Source: Lytechinus pictus (taxonomy: Eukaryota). From it: DNA of 64,000 nucleotides. A program made the position numbers and the translations under genes. Positions 1 to 12,912 of this stretch are shown in pieces. The stretch covers positions 11,410,001-11,474,000 of the forward strand of contig NC_087251.1 of the NCBI RefSeq assembly GCF_037042905.1, given 5' to 3'. Positions within the stretch are counted from its first letter, which is position 1; each line of letters starts with the position of its first letter. The notes below the pieces were generated by a model. That model worked only from the letters and a program-made list of their open reading frames with translations, was not told the DNA's origin and made no database searches.

Positions 1-429
1 TTTATCAAATTTATGAAATTTTGAATGATATAGTAAAAGATAAAAAACAACACCCTAGTAATGAATGGGAAAGTAAGCAGAAATAATAAGCCAGTTTATA
101 TATAATTAATCCCAAATCCAGCTGAAGTAGCCCAATATTGTTATGATTATATTTTTTCTATTAAAGAATTAATTATTAAGGAGTGTCTTTCATCCATACT
201 TTTACTTTGCCACTTTTATTGATTGTTGATAATTAGAAGCACACTGATATTATTTTTCCTAATATTATATCTAATATGTGCAAGTGGCGTGTTCCCTTAA
301 TTAACAACTAATAATTTATTGATTAGAGGTAAAAGAGTAGGTTTAGATAGTGTAGCTATGTGATTAGATAGAACCAACTTCTTGAATTTAATTTATATTA
401 TTTTCTTTTCCCCCTTAACTCTCCAAAAG

Positions 430-492
430 GACTTTGACGATCTCCCTATAGGCAATAATATGATGGACAAATTACATGAGAATGAAGAAAGA
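430..492 (+). CDS. KIF16B: KIF16B exon, post-motor coil (DFDDLPIGNNMMDKLHENEER)
   Basis: aag|GAC...AGA|gtgagt, phase 0-0; KLHENEER precedes VKVLTKEW, as KLQQNEAR precedes VQELTKEW in vertebrate KIF16B. Confidence 0.8.
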
Positions 493-1314
493 GTGAGTAA
501 TTTTATTGCTATGAATTCAGCAAATTGAGGGTTGATTTGAAAGCATATTTATTCAACTGTTAGTGATGAATCAATTCTGAGTAAATTTCTTGCATCTTCT
601 TTATTTATTTCCTATTCTTTTCTGTAAAGCAATAAGACACGTACATTGGATGACTAGATTATATCATACTGTATATCACCCATCTTCTTTTTGTCTCTCT
701 CTTCTTATCCTCCTCCTCAACCCTCCCCCCCCCCCCTCATCTTCCTCTCCCTTCTCATTATACCTCAAGTCTTGAAGACTTTGCATGTAGATGTACAAGG
801 TTTCTTGCATTCTCTTTTCAGGGAATGTTGTTGGTATAATGGAATCATTGATTTGAATTCCTTTCCTGAATTCAATATGTTACTCTCTCACTATGGTCAG
901 TTGTCTTGTACATAGCAGTAGTACATCATATCTTTATTAGAGATCAAGAATAACAAGAACCAGGCCCTGCATCCTATCAGGTTGGCCGGCAGGTTAAAAT
1001 TTACATTATTACCAGATACATAACAAACAGTACATTATACATTACAATCATAATACATTATATGCAGATGCCAGATGATATACATATAACAGTAAAAGCA
1101 CAAATAACGATGTTGTGAACAGCTGCCAATAGCAAAAGTGCAGAGGTTTGCAGTGGTGCGACTACCATGCTACCGGCGCCATGTCCTTTTTTTTTTGGTC
1201 AGTTTAACTTTTCTCTTATACATAACTAGTGTTTGCAATAAATATTTCTGATTTCAGAACTGTTCTTTTTCTGAAAAAGAGTTAAACAATTAAGTTTATT
1301 TCAATGTCACTGTC

Positions 1315-1465
1315 TGAAACTATATTCATTTGTAGAGTTTCAAGAAATTAATCTGTCAAATGACTTCTGTCTGTCTCTCAACATGTATTCATTTTGAAAC
1401 TATATTAATTTGTAGAGTCTCAAGAAATTAATATGTCAAAGGACTTATGTCTGTCTCTCAGCATC
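1315..1465. repeat. Imperfect tandem duplication, about 80-bp period
   Basis: tgaaactatatt..tgtagagt..caagaaattaat..gtctgtctctca occurs at about 1315 and 1395. Confidence 0.8.
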
Positions 1466-1668
1466 AATTGTGACCACCTTTCACAACCATTATTACAGTG
1501 ATCCTTATATCATGCAAGATGATGTGACCTTGTCATTGTTGCCTGGCCAACAGACAGATGAAATTCCCCAATGTATCATGTTGCAGTACTAGAAATAACA
1601 TAACTGGGTTTGGGCAAGATGGGGATGGTAAAGTGGAAGGGAGACATTTCTGACTGTACTAGGACATC

Positions 1669-1950
1669 AGGGGTGTATTTTATGGAGAGTTTTGTCAGTG
1701 GTTTTCACTGACTAATTTGCTCTCAGCCAATCAGATGCAAGGATTTCCAGTACCTTTGTACACTGTACATGTGTTGATGAAAGCCACCGAGAGAACTATT
1801 TATGAGATGCTCCCTAGGAGAGCATTTGAGGACGTGTTGTGCTAGTGATTTTTTCACATACTGATTTGTGTTCATCCAATCAGATCGAAGGATCACAAGA
1901 GCACATGAAAGTTGTCACTGAAAACTCACTGCCAAATTGCTTCATGAAAG
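1669..1950. mobile_element. Two adjacent degenerate short MITE relics (ggggtgt..tcatgaa-type termini, internal ccaatcagat)
   Basis: Imperfect inverted ends and a shared core ccaatcagatgcaaggatttc, seen again near 16905, 41775 (reverse) and 62615. Confidence 0.5.
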
Positions 1951-2648
1951 CGAGCTGAAAACAAACACAAATTTCATGAAGATGTACATGAATATTTTAT
2001 TTGGTTTTATTGACAAGTTTAACACAGGCATAAAATTTTACAGCTCAAAATACACTTTCATGTGCTTAAAAGAATACACTTAACATCAATTTGTGTTCCT
2101 TAAAAAAAAAAAAAAATAATAATTCCTTTCCTCTTTATCATGTGAAAGTAAATTCTTTTAATTTGAATAAAGCATAGAGATATTTTTTTTATATTACTGT
2201 GAAGGAGCATGTTGCTAGAAATATATTTAGTAAATTTTGATTCACTTTGAAACTTTTGTAGTACTTTTATTATATTAACTAGCCATTTAATGAAGTGCAT
2301 AATTTAAAACCACTGACAGGTAAATTTCATTGAAATTCTCTTTTTGTTTGTAGTAGGAGTAGCTTGAGATATTTGGAAGATTTAGGGAAAGGTCGCATTA
2401 AATTGAAATTTTTTTGTAATACTTTCATTAGCTCCGTACCACTTATTATAGTATCCATAGTGTAGACAAATCACAGAATGTATTTGCATGAGGTGAAATA
2501 GTGATTTCCTTTTTGCCAAAGACATGAAGCCAATTTAGGGCTCTTTAATGTAAGTAAATTGTAGCTACATACATGTATATCCTGTTGAATTGTGATCTTC
2601 TCATTAAATTGATGACCAGCCATAGTTAATCTATTGCTTCAGCCAAAG

Positions 2649-3568
2649 TTAATCTATTGCTTCAGCCAAATTTTTATCAGGGAAAGTTCTCCTTTCACTA
2701 ACAGACCCTGAAACTGTCTTAATACCATTTGCACTGTTTTTTCCTAAAGAGGAGCATGGCTTGACTTCTATTGAAGACCGTTCGTCTTTGACAAAACTTG
2801 GAAAGTACCTTTTGAGGAATGTTTTTCTAAATGGTGCAAAAGTGATCATATATATAAAGGGGTTCATTGCACTGTTGAATTTGGCCAGGAATTCAAATGT
2901 GACGGATAGTTGCCATGGAAACTGATGTCTGGTGATGAGGCCGTAGTGCATCTCGATGGCGAATGGTCCCCAGCATATGAGGAATACGACGATGACCACG
3001 AAAATGCGGGCTGTGATGGTGATTTGTCTCCTAGTTTCTTCCAAACTTGTCTTTTCTCTGGCCGTGACCTGGTTCTGAACGTTTATCTTCTGCCCGGCTT
3101 TCCAGCTAATGTTTGTGATGCGTAAGCAGCAGTAGAAGATCACTCCCAGCGAAATGTAGAACCCGCACGTCAGTAGAATGATGGTGTAGGGCCTTGTGTT
3201 GTTGCTGGTGACATCGATCCCGCAGTTGTAGAAGAATGGCTGGAACTTGATGAAGTGTGATACCGTGACAGAAAACAATGCCATTGCAGATCCGTAGCCC
3301 CACGTTAGGAGGAGAAGGGAGAAGACGCGCCTCTTGGAGAAGATCAGTTGATAGCATAAGGGAACAGAAATGCAGACCAAGCGGTCAATACTGATGAGGG
3401 CTAGTGAGGTGATGGAGACAATGACCGTGCAGATGGCCGTAGAGGTCATGACCCTACAGAAGAGGTCAGTACTGTACCACTGACCTGTAATCACAACCGG
3501 GATGCAGAATGGCAAGTAGAAGATGCCGATGGATAAATCAGCAATGGCAAGGTTGATCAAGCAATAAC
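2649..3568 (-). CDS. Class A (rhodopsin-family) GPCR, last coding exon (TM2-TM7 and C-tail); opsin-like Lys at 7.43
   Basis: ORF with NLAIADL (TM2), FC (top of TM3), ISIDRL, TW (TM4), CGID (ECL2), FLICWGPFA (TM6), FEFLAKFNSAMNPFIY (TM7); acceptor ttcttgtag with AG at 3570-3569. Confidence 0.93.
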
Positions 3569-4235
3569 CTACAAGAATACACACAAGCAGCGAGGTAAAT
3601 CAAAGTGTAATTGAATTAAGACATACATTTCAGCAAGGACCGTTGCCCTGAAAATGATCTGAGCAAACTGTAGTGTCATAAGAGCATTCTGATTAGGCAA
3701 AAGACTGGAGGGGCTAGCTGTTCATAATCCATAGTGGCTTGCCCCTACAATACCTTTTGCTATGAATGTTCTGATACAACCACATTCTACCATATTTCAA
3801 TTTCAACACCTTGATCAGAAGACATTGTTTTATCCTAAAGTGTTCAACAGATTTATGAAAATCCATTAAAGTGAATTTTTCATATTCACTGTTTGCTTTC
3901 ATTTCCATATTGGTCATATTAGGCTTAGGGGATGTGCTTTTTTCATACTGTTAATAATGAGGTTTTGTGTGAAATGTCTCGTGCACATTGCAATTTTAAT
4001 CAACAATTGTAATAATTAGTGTTTCTTTGTTTCATCAAACCACAAAAGCCAGCAATTAGCCATGATACTTATTTTATAGGAAAGCAAAAATTAAAGAAGT
4101 TATGAAAATAATATCCTTATTTTTATCCCCTCAGAGTTAACTCAGCATGAAAAGAATTGAGCCTGATTTTCATTCACACTTCCAAATATCCCCTCCTTCA
4201 TAGGTTTCACTAGAAAGTGGACATAATGTATTTAC

Positions 4236-4404
4236 CTGTTTGGTTGAAGAGACTGGGTGTGGAGACTATTGTAATGATACTCAGTGTATTACCTGTGATG
4301 ATAACTGTTATGAGGATACAGATCATGATTAGTAGAGGGTAGTTTGGAGCCAAGACTTCCACTGGAGGAACCGTCTCAATTAGAGATGACATTTCAGTAA
4401 CATT
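4236..4404 (-). CDS. GPCR exon, N-terminus and TM1 (NVTEMSSLIETV...IITGNTLSIITIVSTPSLFNQTG)
   Basis: TM1 GN motif; donor CAG|gtaaat in phase 1 fits the next exon (G|GT-TAT); acceptor ctcctctacag at 4406-4405; an in-exon ATG at 4392 is the alternative start. Confidence 0.85.
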
Positions 4405-4609
4405 CTGTAGAGGAGATTAAAGTTGTATCGTATTTCATAGAATTCTTTTTCAATACCTGACAAACACAGTCCCAATTCATAATTAAATAAATTTCTTATG
4501 ATATGGATTTGATGCGAAGATGAAATCAGAAACACTGCTTCAAATCGGTGTACAGCGAGAAACAAAGAGACAGACAGAGAGACAGTGAGAGAGAGGGAGA
4601 GAGAGAGAT

Positions 4610-5410
4610 TAAAAGGTGATAAACAGTGAATAATTACAAGAAATATGCAGTGTACTCTGTATTATACCTATATGAAAGAATGAAGAAGAAAATCAACACT
4701 GAAAAGTTAAAATAAAAATTGGATATTAAATAAAAATGTTATGAAATTGAAATTTCACTTATTTTTTAACAAACAGTTATGCACAACACATGTAATATGC
4801 AAATGAGAGAGTCAATGATTTGCATTTTATTATATGAAATAGAAAATATTTCAATTTTTACAGATTTGACAATAAGGAAGCATCTTCATTGAATCCATCA
4901 ATATAGGTTGATTGAATATGAAAATTAAAATAAGAACCCATATTTCATTGTTCAAAATATTAATCTGAATTAGAAATCCTTCATAAATTCATTTTGCTCT
5001 ATCGATCGTGGGCCTGGCAGCCATTGTGCAGCGTCAGATGGACAGTGCTCTATCCCTTCAATCATTGAATGCCAAAAAGGGTAGCAACAACTCATTTAAC
5101 GTCTATTTGGTCTGATTCGGCTGGGGCTTGGACTCCCGACCTCCCTATTGTGCGACAGACTCTCTACCAACTGAGCCAATACGTAATGACATTCCCATAT
5201 ATTCAAAGTGGAACCAATCCTGTTTCACATTATAATGAGGAAAGATTTGAGACATTTCAAATTTCATACTGGCAAGGTTGTGCATTTAACTTTAAAATTG
5301 TGAAAGTAAGTGAAACTTCAAAATGTCATATCTTTTTATTTCATATCTGATTTGATGAATTTCTCTTTTCATGCAGATCAAATTTTTTTTGGTTTGGACT
5401 TGCCCTTTAA
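4610..5410. mobile_element. Degenerate TTAA-flanked (Kolobok-like) MITE interrupted by a SINE
   Basis: Patchy similarity to 12913-13515 (aacactgaaaa, cagttatgcac, atgcaaatgag); ends ggacttgccct-ttaa. Confidence 0.55.
5010..5180 (-). mobile_element. tRNA-derived SINE, 5' part
   Basis: Minus strand tggctcagttggtagag (A box) ... ggtcgggagtccaagccc (degenerate B box) followed by a non-tRNA body. Confidence 0.7.
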
Positions 5411-6732
5411 GTACATAATGATTGTTCAAGTTCATGCCGTTGTGATGGCCCTGCTATGTCACTGGACCAGCTGCGAAATGCATATTTAAAGTTCAAATGA
5501 TAGATCATATTTTCGCTGATGATAAAAGGAATGCATACATTATAAAAAATATATTGTATTACCGACAAATGCCATGTCAACATGCATGTACATTTTCTGT
5601 TTGACTTTTAACTATTTATCCCTTTTACATATCAAAGTATATTAATTTCTTGTTTGAAATAGATTCATGGAATGAAAGCATAAAATGGTTAAAGTGGATA
5701 TATCTCCATTTTTCTACATGTGAAATTTGATTACTGAAGCTATTAAAGGTGAAAATGTAAATTTGAACAGGATTGGATATCAGACAAGGAAATTAAATAT
5801 GTGTACTGTAAAAAATAATATGTTTAGATATCTGGCAACTATAACACAAAGCCCATCTATTGATAGCACATAATGATCAGTGCAATAATCATAATGATAC
5901 ATGTATTGACATCTGAAGATTCCAACAACGTGGTAAAGAAGAGATAACAACTAAAAAATTAGAGCAATTGAGGATAGACCAACATTTACAGAAATCAAAT
6001 CTTCATAATAAGGTTTTAGTAAGATTTTGAAGCAACCAACAGAGGAAATGATCTTGGAAGTGTGTTTCCATAGGAATTGTCTGCTATATTATAATGATGT
6101 ATTCTAAGAATGGTGAGATTGTGCTATATCAAGTAGAGATGGATTGGAAGGATACAGATTTCCACATACTAAGAATCTCGCTATATAATTGGTCATAAGT
6201 CAGGCATGTATTAGTTTCCCCATAAATCATAACACTCAGTGATGACACTTTTATGTTTGGCTGATAACTTAGCACAAATAGTCTGAAAACAATGTGTTAT
6301 GGATGATTTAGACTATGCGAGACTACTGAGTGAGATTATAGACACCACATTTCTAGTGGGAGCGGCAGCATTTCCAACATTGAAATCTTAACCAAGGTTA
6401 AGTTTTTGAAATGTCATCACATCTGTTAAAGTGCAAGGACTTATTCTTTAAAACGTAGACCTTTGGTTTTTATTTTCAAATAATTTTTCATTCTCCAGTT
6501 TTGAATAATTATTCATTTACATTTTTTCATATTCAGTGAAGCATGTATATAGGAGTATCATGTATCAGCCATCATGTGAGTAAAATTTCAGGTAATTTGG
6601 CTAAGGTCAAAGGTCATTTTAGGTCTAAAATCTAGATGAAAATTTATGTTTTGTCCTAGATGGTTATATCCACTCATTTCCTTTTTTCCATTTAGCTTTT
6701 CTGTCAAGTATTTGTTGCATATGTACATACAG

Positions 6733-8605
6733 CAAGGCTCCACATTAACTTTTATTGGTGGTGGCTCGTTCGGGCCACCAAAACCATCAAATAATTTTTT
6801 TTGGTGGCCCGATATTAAAGTTTGGTGGCCCGAAAAATATAAAGAAAAACATTAAAAATTAATAAAACAAACTTCTGAAATATTAATTCTGCAGCCACTA
6901 CCACTAAGTTACTTTCACTTTATACATCTTGTATGTAAACCTTGTTTGCTGTTATTTTACTTTGCTAATTGATAATTGTTTCTATCGTTGTAAAAATGAA
7001 ATGATTGAAAGTGAATAAATGAATTGTATTGTTTGCAGGTTGTGTGGACTTTTTTTTAAATCTCTGTATAGAGATAATGGTAAAGTAAATAAATAGTGCA
7101 TAGCAAACTCAGATAGATACATAGTACAAAACAATGGTTTTTCCTTCCTTCCTCTTTGAATCCTAAAACCTAGATTATGCATGCCCCAAATCCAGTTTAT
7201 TTCTGTTTTCTCTTTTGCAGCATATTAAAGGAGAAAATCACAGAAAAATATGCTGCAAAATTAGAACAATGCATAAAAGGGGGAAACAAACGAAAAAAAT
7301 TTTCAAAAATTATATAACAAAAAGAAAACAAAAATAATAAAAGAAATTAGTGAAATAAAACAAAAGAAAGAAAATGAAGAAAGAAAAAAACAAAGTCAAA
7401 GAACAGGGGGAAAAAAAGAAAAAAAGAAAAGAAAAAAATTAGAGAGAAAAAAGAAAAGAAAATGAAAGAAAAATTAATAAAACAAAGTTAATATAAAAAT
7501 GGGGAAAAGGGGAAAATTAAGAAGCCATTACATATATTTTTTAACAGCTGTGGCGACAGTCTATTCTGACTGGAATATAATTAAAAGCCAAGCAAATAAT
7601 TTTCACTTACCTTTTGGGAATGGCACATTTTTATTTTTATATCCTTTAGTTTGTATTATTTTATTTTCAGTAGAAACGTGTTTTTTTAATCAGGCATATT
7701 CGATGGGAAGGGGTATAAATGGTTTAACCACTGTCAAAAAAAAAAATGAAAGACAAAAAAAAAGAAAACGGCAAAAACTATATCTGTAAAAAGTGTGAGA
7801 ATAGTCCTTCCCTATATTTGCCAAAATGTTGGGGAAAAAAATCACATTTCATATCAATGAAATGCCTTCCCAAAGTATTTACTTTCTCAAGAGTGGTTTA
7901 AGAAGTCATTTATAAACAAGAAAGAAAGAAAAGAAAATACACAGCTTCGAAAGAAACCAAGTATCAACATACATACAAATGCACATGTGGGACTGTGATG
8001 TACTTGCCTATGTGTTTTTATGTGTATTAATTCATGTGGAAATCGGTCTTTTTGAGTCAAAAGAGAGGTCATAATTCCTCTTCTTAATACTTGCAAATAA
8101 TCAAGGTACACCAGATTTTCGTAATATAGACTGTAGAATTGCATTTCATTGGTGTAAAAGGTGACTTTGACTTAGATTTTCAAAGTTCTGTGGAAGATTT
8201 CTCAGCAGCAACATTTTTTATCGCAGCTCCCTGAGTCTGAATAGGCTGAGCTAGATCTAGAGCACAGCTGTATGCAGGGGCTTCATGCAAAGCTCACGCC
8301 AGCCGGCCGGCGCGGCTGGCTGGATAATAGCTACTGTAGGCTATAGCTGCAGGCCTAATATGCAAACTTTGTGTGTGTGTATTTGTGTGTAGATCAACAA
8401 AAAGGGCGCATGACAAACTGGCTTGCAATTTGAGCTGTAGAAAGTTGATAAATGCGTGCAAAAATGGGAGAAAAATTGCGCTACTTTGAAAATTATTGGT
8501 TGCCCGATTCGGGCCACCAAAACTTAACATTTTATCAATAATGGTTGCCCGAGGTGAATTTTTGGTGGCCCCGGGCCACCGGGCCACCGCTAATGTCGAG
8601 CCTTG
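6733..8605. mobile_element. Non-autonomous TIR DNA transposon (hAT-like ends)
   Basis: 17-bp TIRs caaggctccacattaac / gctaatgtcgagccttg (2 mismatches); clustered subterminal ggtggccc/gggccacc motifs at both ends; no transposase ORF and no clean TSD; lies within an older aggtcaaaggtca-rich repeat (about 6390-8950). Confidence 0.75.
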
Positions 8606-9487
8606 ATGACATACATGTACATGTTTTCATATACATGTAAATGTTAGATCAATATTTCTATAGGGCACATATTATATCACAAATTGGGAAAATTAAACAA
8701 GTGCTTCTGATTTCATCAAATCCATATAAGAAATTTATCTAATTATAAATTGGGACTATGTCAGGTATTTGCAACTATAAGTCACTTTTCAACCAAACTT
8801 GGATTGTAGATGTAATTAGGTGACTCACATGTTATGGTGCAGTCGCAGGTCACCTGTAAAGGTAAAAGGTCATTTTGAGGTCAACGTTAAAGTTTAAGTG
8901 CAAGGCACTGGTAATACACATAATCTGCAACTGTAAGTCACTTTTCACCCATAATAAGAAGAAACATATTAATGAATATCTAGCAACAACAAAAAAACAA
9001 TTGACTTAAGGCAGAGTTATGAATTTTTTTTTTTAGTTATTTAATGTCACTGTGAGCAGCTCCGCTACTTTTTAATGATAAAAGTCAATTTGTTGCCATT
9101 TTAAATGGTTTACAATGATTGAATAAGTATTCCCTTTATTTGTCCAAACATGATGAGGATAGTGTGTCTTATGAATTGAATTGATTGGTAAGATCATTTT
9201 CAGTTTTCAAGAAATGTCACTTTATGAATTCATGTGATGAAACTACATTCATAATGAAAAGAACCTTTTCTTGTATTTTCTCTTTGCATTTTATTTCTGT
9301 TCAAATTTTAGCAATTTCATTTTTTTATTTTAAGAATGCCACTGCCAGAACATTTAAAATGTTCACAAAATACCTATTTGATGAACAAAATTGAGCCATA
9401 TGAATTTTTTTCTTAAAATGAATATTTGATTTCATAATGAAAATATAACTTTCATAAACTTTAATTGATTACCAGCCTTAAGTTTGA

Positions 9488-10090
9488 AGGGGTACCCCAG
9501 GCTGAAGTTAATATGATTTGAACAGATAAAGAAAAATCAGACAAACAAAACACTGAAAATTTGATCAAAATCGATGAATGACTAAGTTATGACATTTTAA
9601 AGTTTTACATTATTCCGGTGAAACAGTTCTAGACATGTCTTCATGATTATTCAGTTAGCAAATTGATGATGTCATATCCCCACTTGTTAGACTATTGTAT
9701 TTTATTATATGAAATTAGGTTCATTCAAAGTTTTTCCTGCAAGAACTAAAAAAAATGGATTGACAACTGATTTAGTGCATTAGATATTCATTGCTGCAAC
9801 TTATTTCATTATAAGGGAGACAAATTATGCACACATGTATGAAATAATGAAACATTTATGATTTCATGTAATAACATAAGAAAAAGGAAATTGGGGATGT
9901 ATCATCATCAGCCCACCTAAGGAATATTCATGACGATGTGCATATAACTGTTTTCACAAAATATTGATAAATTTTAAAATTCAATAACTTTTTTTATTTC
10001 TTATCAGATTTTGATAAAATTTTCAACATTTTGCTCTGTGAATCTAACTCTATTTATTCAGATATAAATGTTTTCAACCCGGAGTACCCT
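9488..10090. mobile_element. TTAA-flanked Kolobok-like MITE
   Basis: Ends ttga-aggggtacccc ... ggagtaccct-ttaa; long imperfect inverted arms related to 12913-13515. Confidence 0.7.
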
Positions 10091-10294
10091 TTAACTTTGA
10101 AATGGCATACTGTAAGTAGTAAGACACCTGGAGAAAAGCCAAAGCAGCATTCTTTGCTTCCTAAGCGTCTTTTCATCACTAATCCGCAGAAGACGCATAG
10201 CACATTTATAGCTGTGGAATTCCTGCTAAAAAGATGCAACACAGACTTATTTTAGTTTAGGTAAGGGGGTTCTAGAGCAAGAATATTATCTTAC

Positions 10295-10300
10295 CTCCAT
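10295..10300 (-). CDS. Candidate first coding exon of the nested GPCR (Met-Glu; whole exon 10295-10325)
   Basis: Minus strand aatttctcag|tgtcgagcccttgtctggaagatcaATGGAG|gtaaga; phase-0 join gives MENVTEMSS with an N-V-T sequon. Confidence 0.55.
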
Positions 10301-11845
10301 TGATCTTCCAGACAAGGGCTCGACACTGAGAAATTAATGAAGACAAATGTTGAAGTTTCTTCCAATGAACATAATAATCCTATTAATTAGAAGACATGTG
10401 AGTAACAGATTTAAGCAAATTACGTTTATATTTGATATTTCTGTAATACTGAAACATGTATGTTTCAGACCTGGTCACTGCTGTATGGGATGATGGGCCT
10501 TCTACACAAGTCTCATCAACCAGGTCATATTAAATGGACACAACTTATCCACAATAAAATGTCTCGAGTTCTTCTTTCCCAAGTTCATTAGATAATAGAC
10601 AGAAACTCTTGGCTTGGGTAGCTGCTGATACCCTTCCAATTCACACACCTTCTCAATGAGCTGGGTAAAGGAAGATCTATTGTTTATAGAATGAAGGTGC
10701 ATGATGGAAGAATGATCAGCTCTTTGATTGGATAATAGCAGGCTTAGCACATGATCCAGTGAATAGCCAACAGCCAATCAGAGCACAGAAGGAGTGGGTG
10801 GCAAAATAGTTGAGAGTATCCCATGCATAGTGTGTGTTGGGGAATGAAATCAGGAAAATTCTATTTTCAGTAGCAATGCATCTTCTGTTAATCATTTTCT
10901 TTGTCACTTTGCAGTGCAAGTCACCATTAATTGATAGTTTAATAAATTAATTTCTGCTGCTTCCTTTTGTTTTTGTCTTATCTTAATGTAATTGTTAATG
11001 AAAATATTTATCATGTAAATTGATTTACATGCAATGTTTGGTTAATATTTTGGTGATTGTTTTGTTATAGTGTTATTATGATATTGATTGTTTGAATGAT
11101 TGATTAATGAATGATTATTTTCTTATTTATGCACATTCATTTACTTATCTATTCAATTAATTGATCAAATGATTGATTGATTGTAGAAGTTACTGAGAAC
11201 TCATTTATATATTCACCTACATGTACTTATTCGCATTTTAAAAACTTATTTATTCAACTTATTCATTAGCGTATTTCTTTATCTACATGTATGTGCTGTG
11301 TATGTTGTATATTTGTCCACAGGATGTATCCATTCATTTTAATGTTTAATGATGTATTAAAGATTATCTAGGTTACAATAAGAATCCCCTACCAATAGCA
11401 AGTTACCTATGGCTATGAAGACAGATACCTGAAGGTAACACAATAGGTGAATCTTCTCCTCTATCGAGTAAAATTCAACATTTGCAGGTTGTTTTTCTAT
11501 CCATCATTATAATGACACAAGTTGGCCATTTCCCATTTCCATTTGACATCACTGATTTGCTGCGAGGAGGAAAATGATTTTCAAACCCCACTTTGATGTC
11601 CGGAGATAACTGTCGTGCTGTTTACAGGTTTAATTTTTTTTTTTCATTTGAAGGGTGTTGATACAGTTTTTTGGAGGTTAGGGGCTTTCACACGTGCCCT
11701 GTTAGAAAAAAAATGGTATTTTGTAGTGTGAAAGCAAATAGGATATCAGCAGTATGAAAGTGAACTATCCCATCTGCAAGATGAACATATAATGTTATCC
11801 ACGACCACAAACATGAATATCTCAATGCTTGCTCATGACAATCTC

Positions 11846-12016
11846 AGGGGGCTGTTTCATAAAGATGTTCATAAGTTAAGAGCGACTTTAAGAACGACTG
11901 CCGAACCTTTCTTATGCGCTAAGTAATCACCATTGAACATTTAATGGTAAAAATTATTTACCATAAGAAAGGATCACCAGTCGTTTTTAAAGTCGCTCGT
12001 AACTTACGAACAGCTG
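11846..12016. mobile_element. Short palindromic MITE (Harbinger-like gggg..tttcataaag end), right end truncated
   Basis: taagttaagagcgactttaagaacgact mirrored by agtcgtttttaaagtcgctcgtaactta. Confidence 0.65.
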
Positions 12017-12912
12017 GTACTTTACCAAAAGTCAAAGCCACATCATTCTCACTGAAATCTTGCAAGCACTTTTATTTCATTGGGAATTCTGACATTTCAT
12101 CAATGACAAAGAAATTAACAAGCTGGAAAGTTACTATGAAAAGATGCTTTGTACCTTTTAGCAGGATTCCTTGCTAAAAGATATGACATAGACTTATTAT
12201 TTTGAAGTCAAACTAGTTCTTGTAATTTTACAGGTATTTTACTTGATATGGTAGGTCTGAATGTACCCCATGTGATGCCATGAGTTAATTATCATGCTGG
12301 TTTTTGGTTTCATTTTGGGAATGTCGATGGTGTTTTCATGAGATTGCCATGGTTATCATCTAAATGTCTGGAATCTTCCATGGTGAAGTACTGGTCAACT
12401 GAAATAAACACTGGTTTTCATTCAGTTGCAGAGAAATTTAATGGAGGACTGACCGGATGGTGTTGTAAGCCAAGTAGTTGATTATTTAAACCAAAGTTGG
12501 ATCATGATGATGCAGATTTATTTACACAAATTTTCATTCAGCGATATCAGAAAAGTCTGAGCATACATGTTCATAAGAGTGGAGTGGCAAATTATTGTCG
12601 ACACATTATAGTGGTTAACCCCTCCAATCCTTTGTGTACTCAGTGTTTTGGTGACATTTATATATGCCACAATAAGAATGAGATTGATATATAAAGTCAC
12701 ACCTTGTTTATCATCAACCAAATAATGGACCCAGGAAGTAATTCCTATTCTAGCCCTTCATTAGGTAAAGAATTAATGTTCAAATCTGCTTCTTTTGACC
12801 CATTAAATGTATGAGAAAAAAGCAAAGTTCTTTTAATCTTTTATAATATTTATTACAAATATAAACAGAATAATTATATAATGCTGATTTTTTAAAGATA
12901 TTTTGAGCTTAA

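Noticed and set aside
3569..3584. Track start MCILVG for the 311-aa GPCR ORF
   Set aside because: Intronic GTG start; TM1 is on the upstream exon 4236-4404
5120..5180. Possible tRNA gene
   Set aside because: B box degenerate, no acceptor stem, continues into a SINE body
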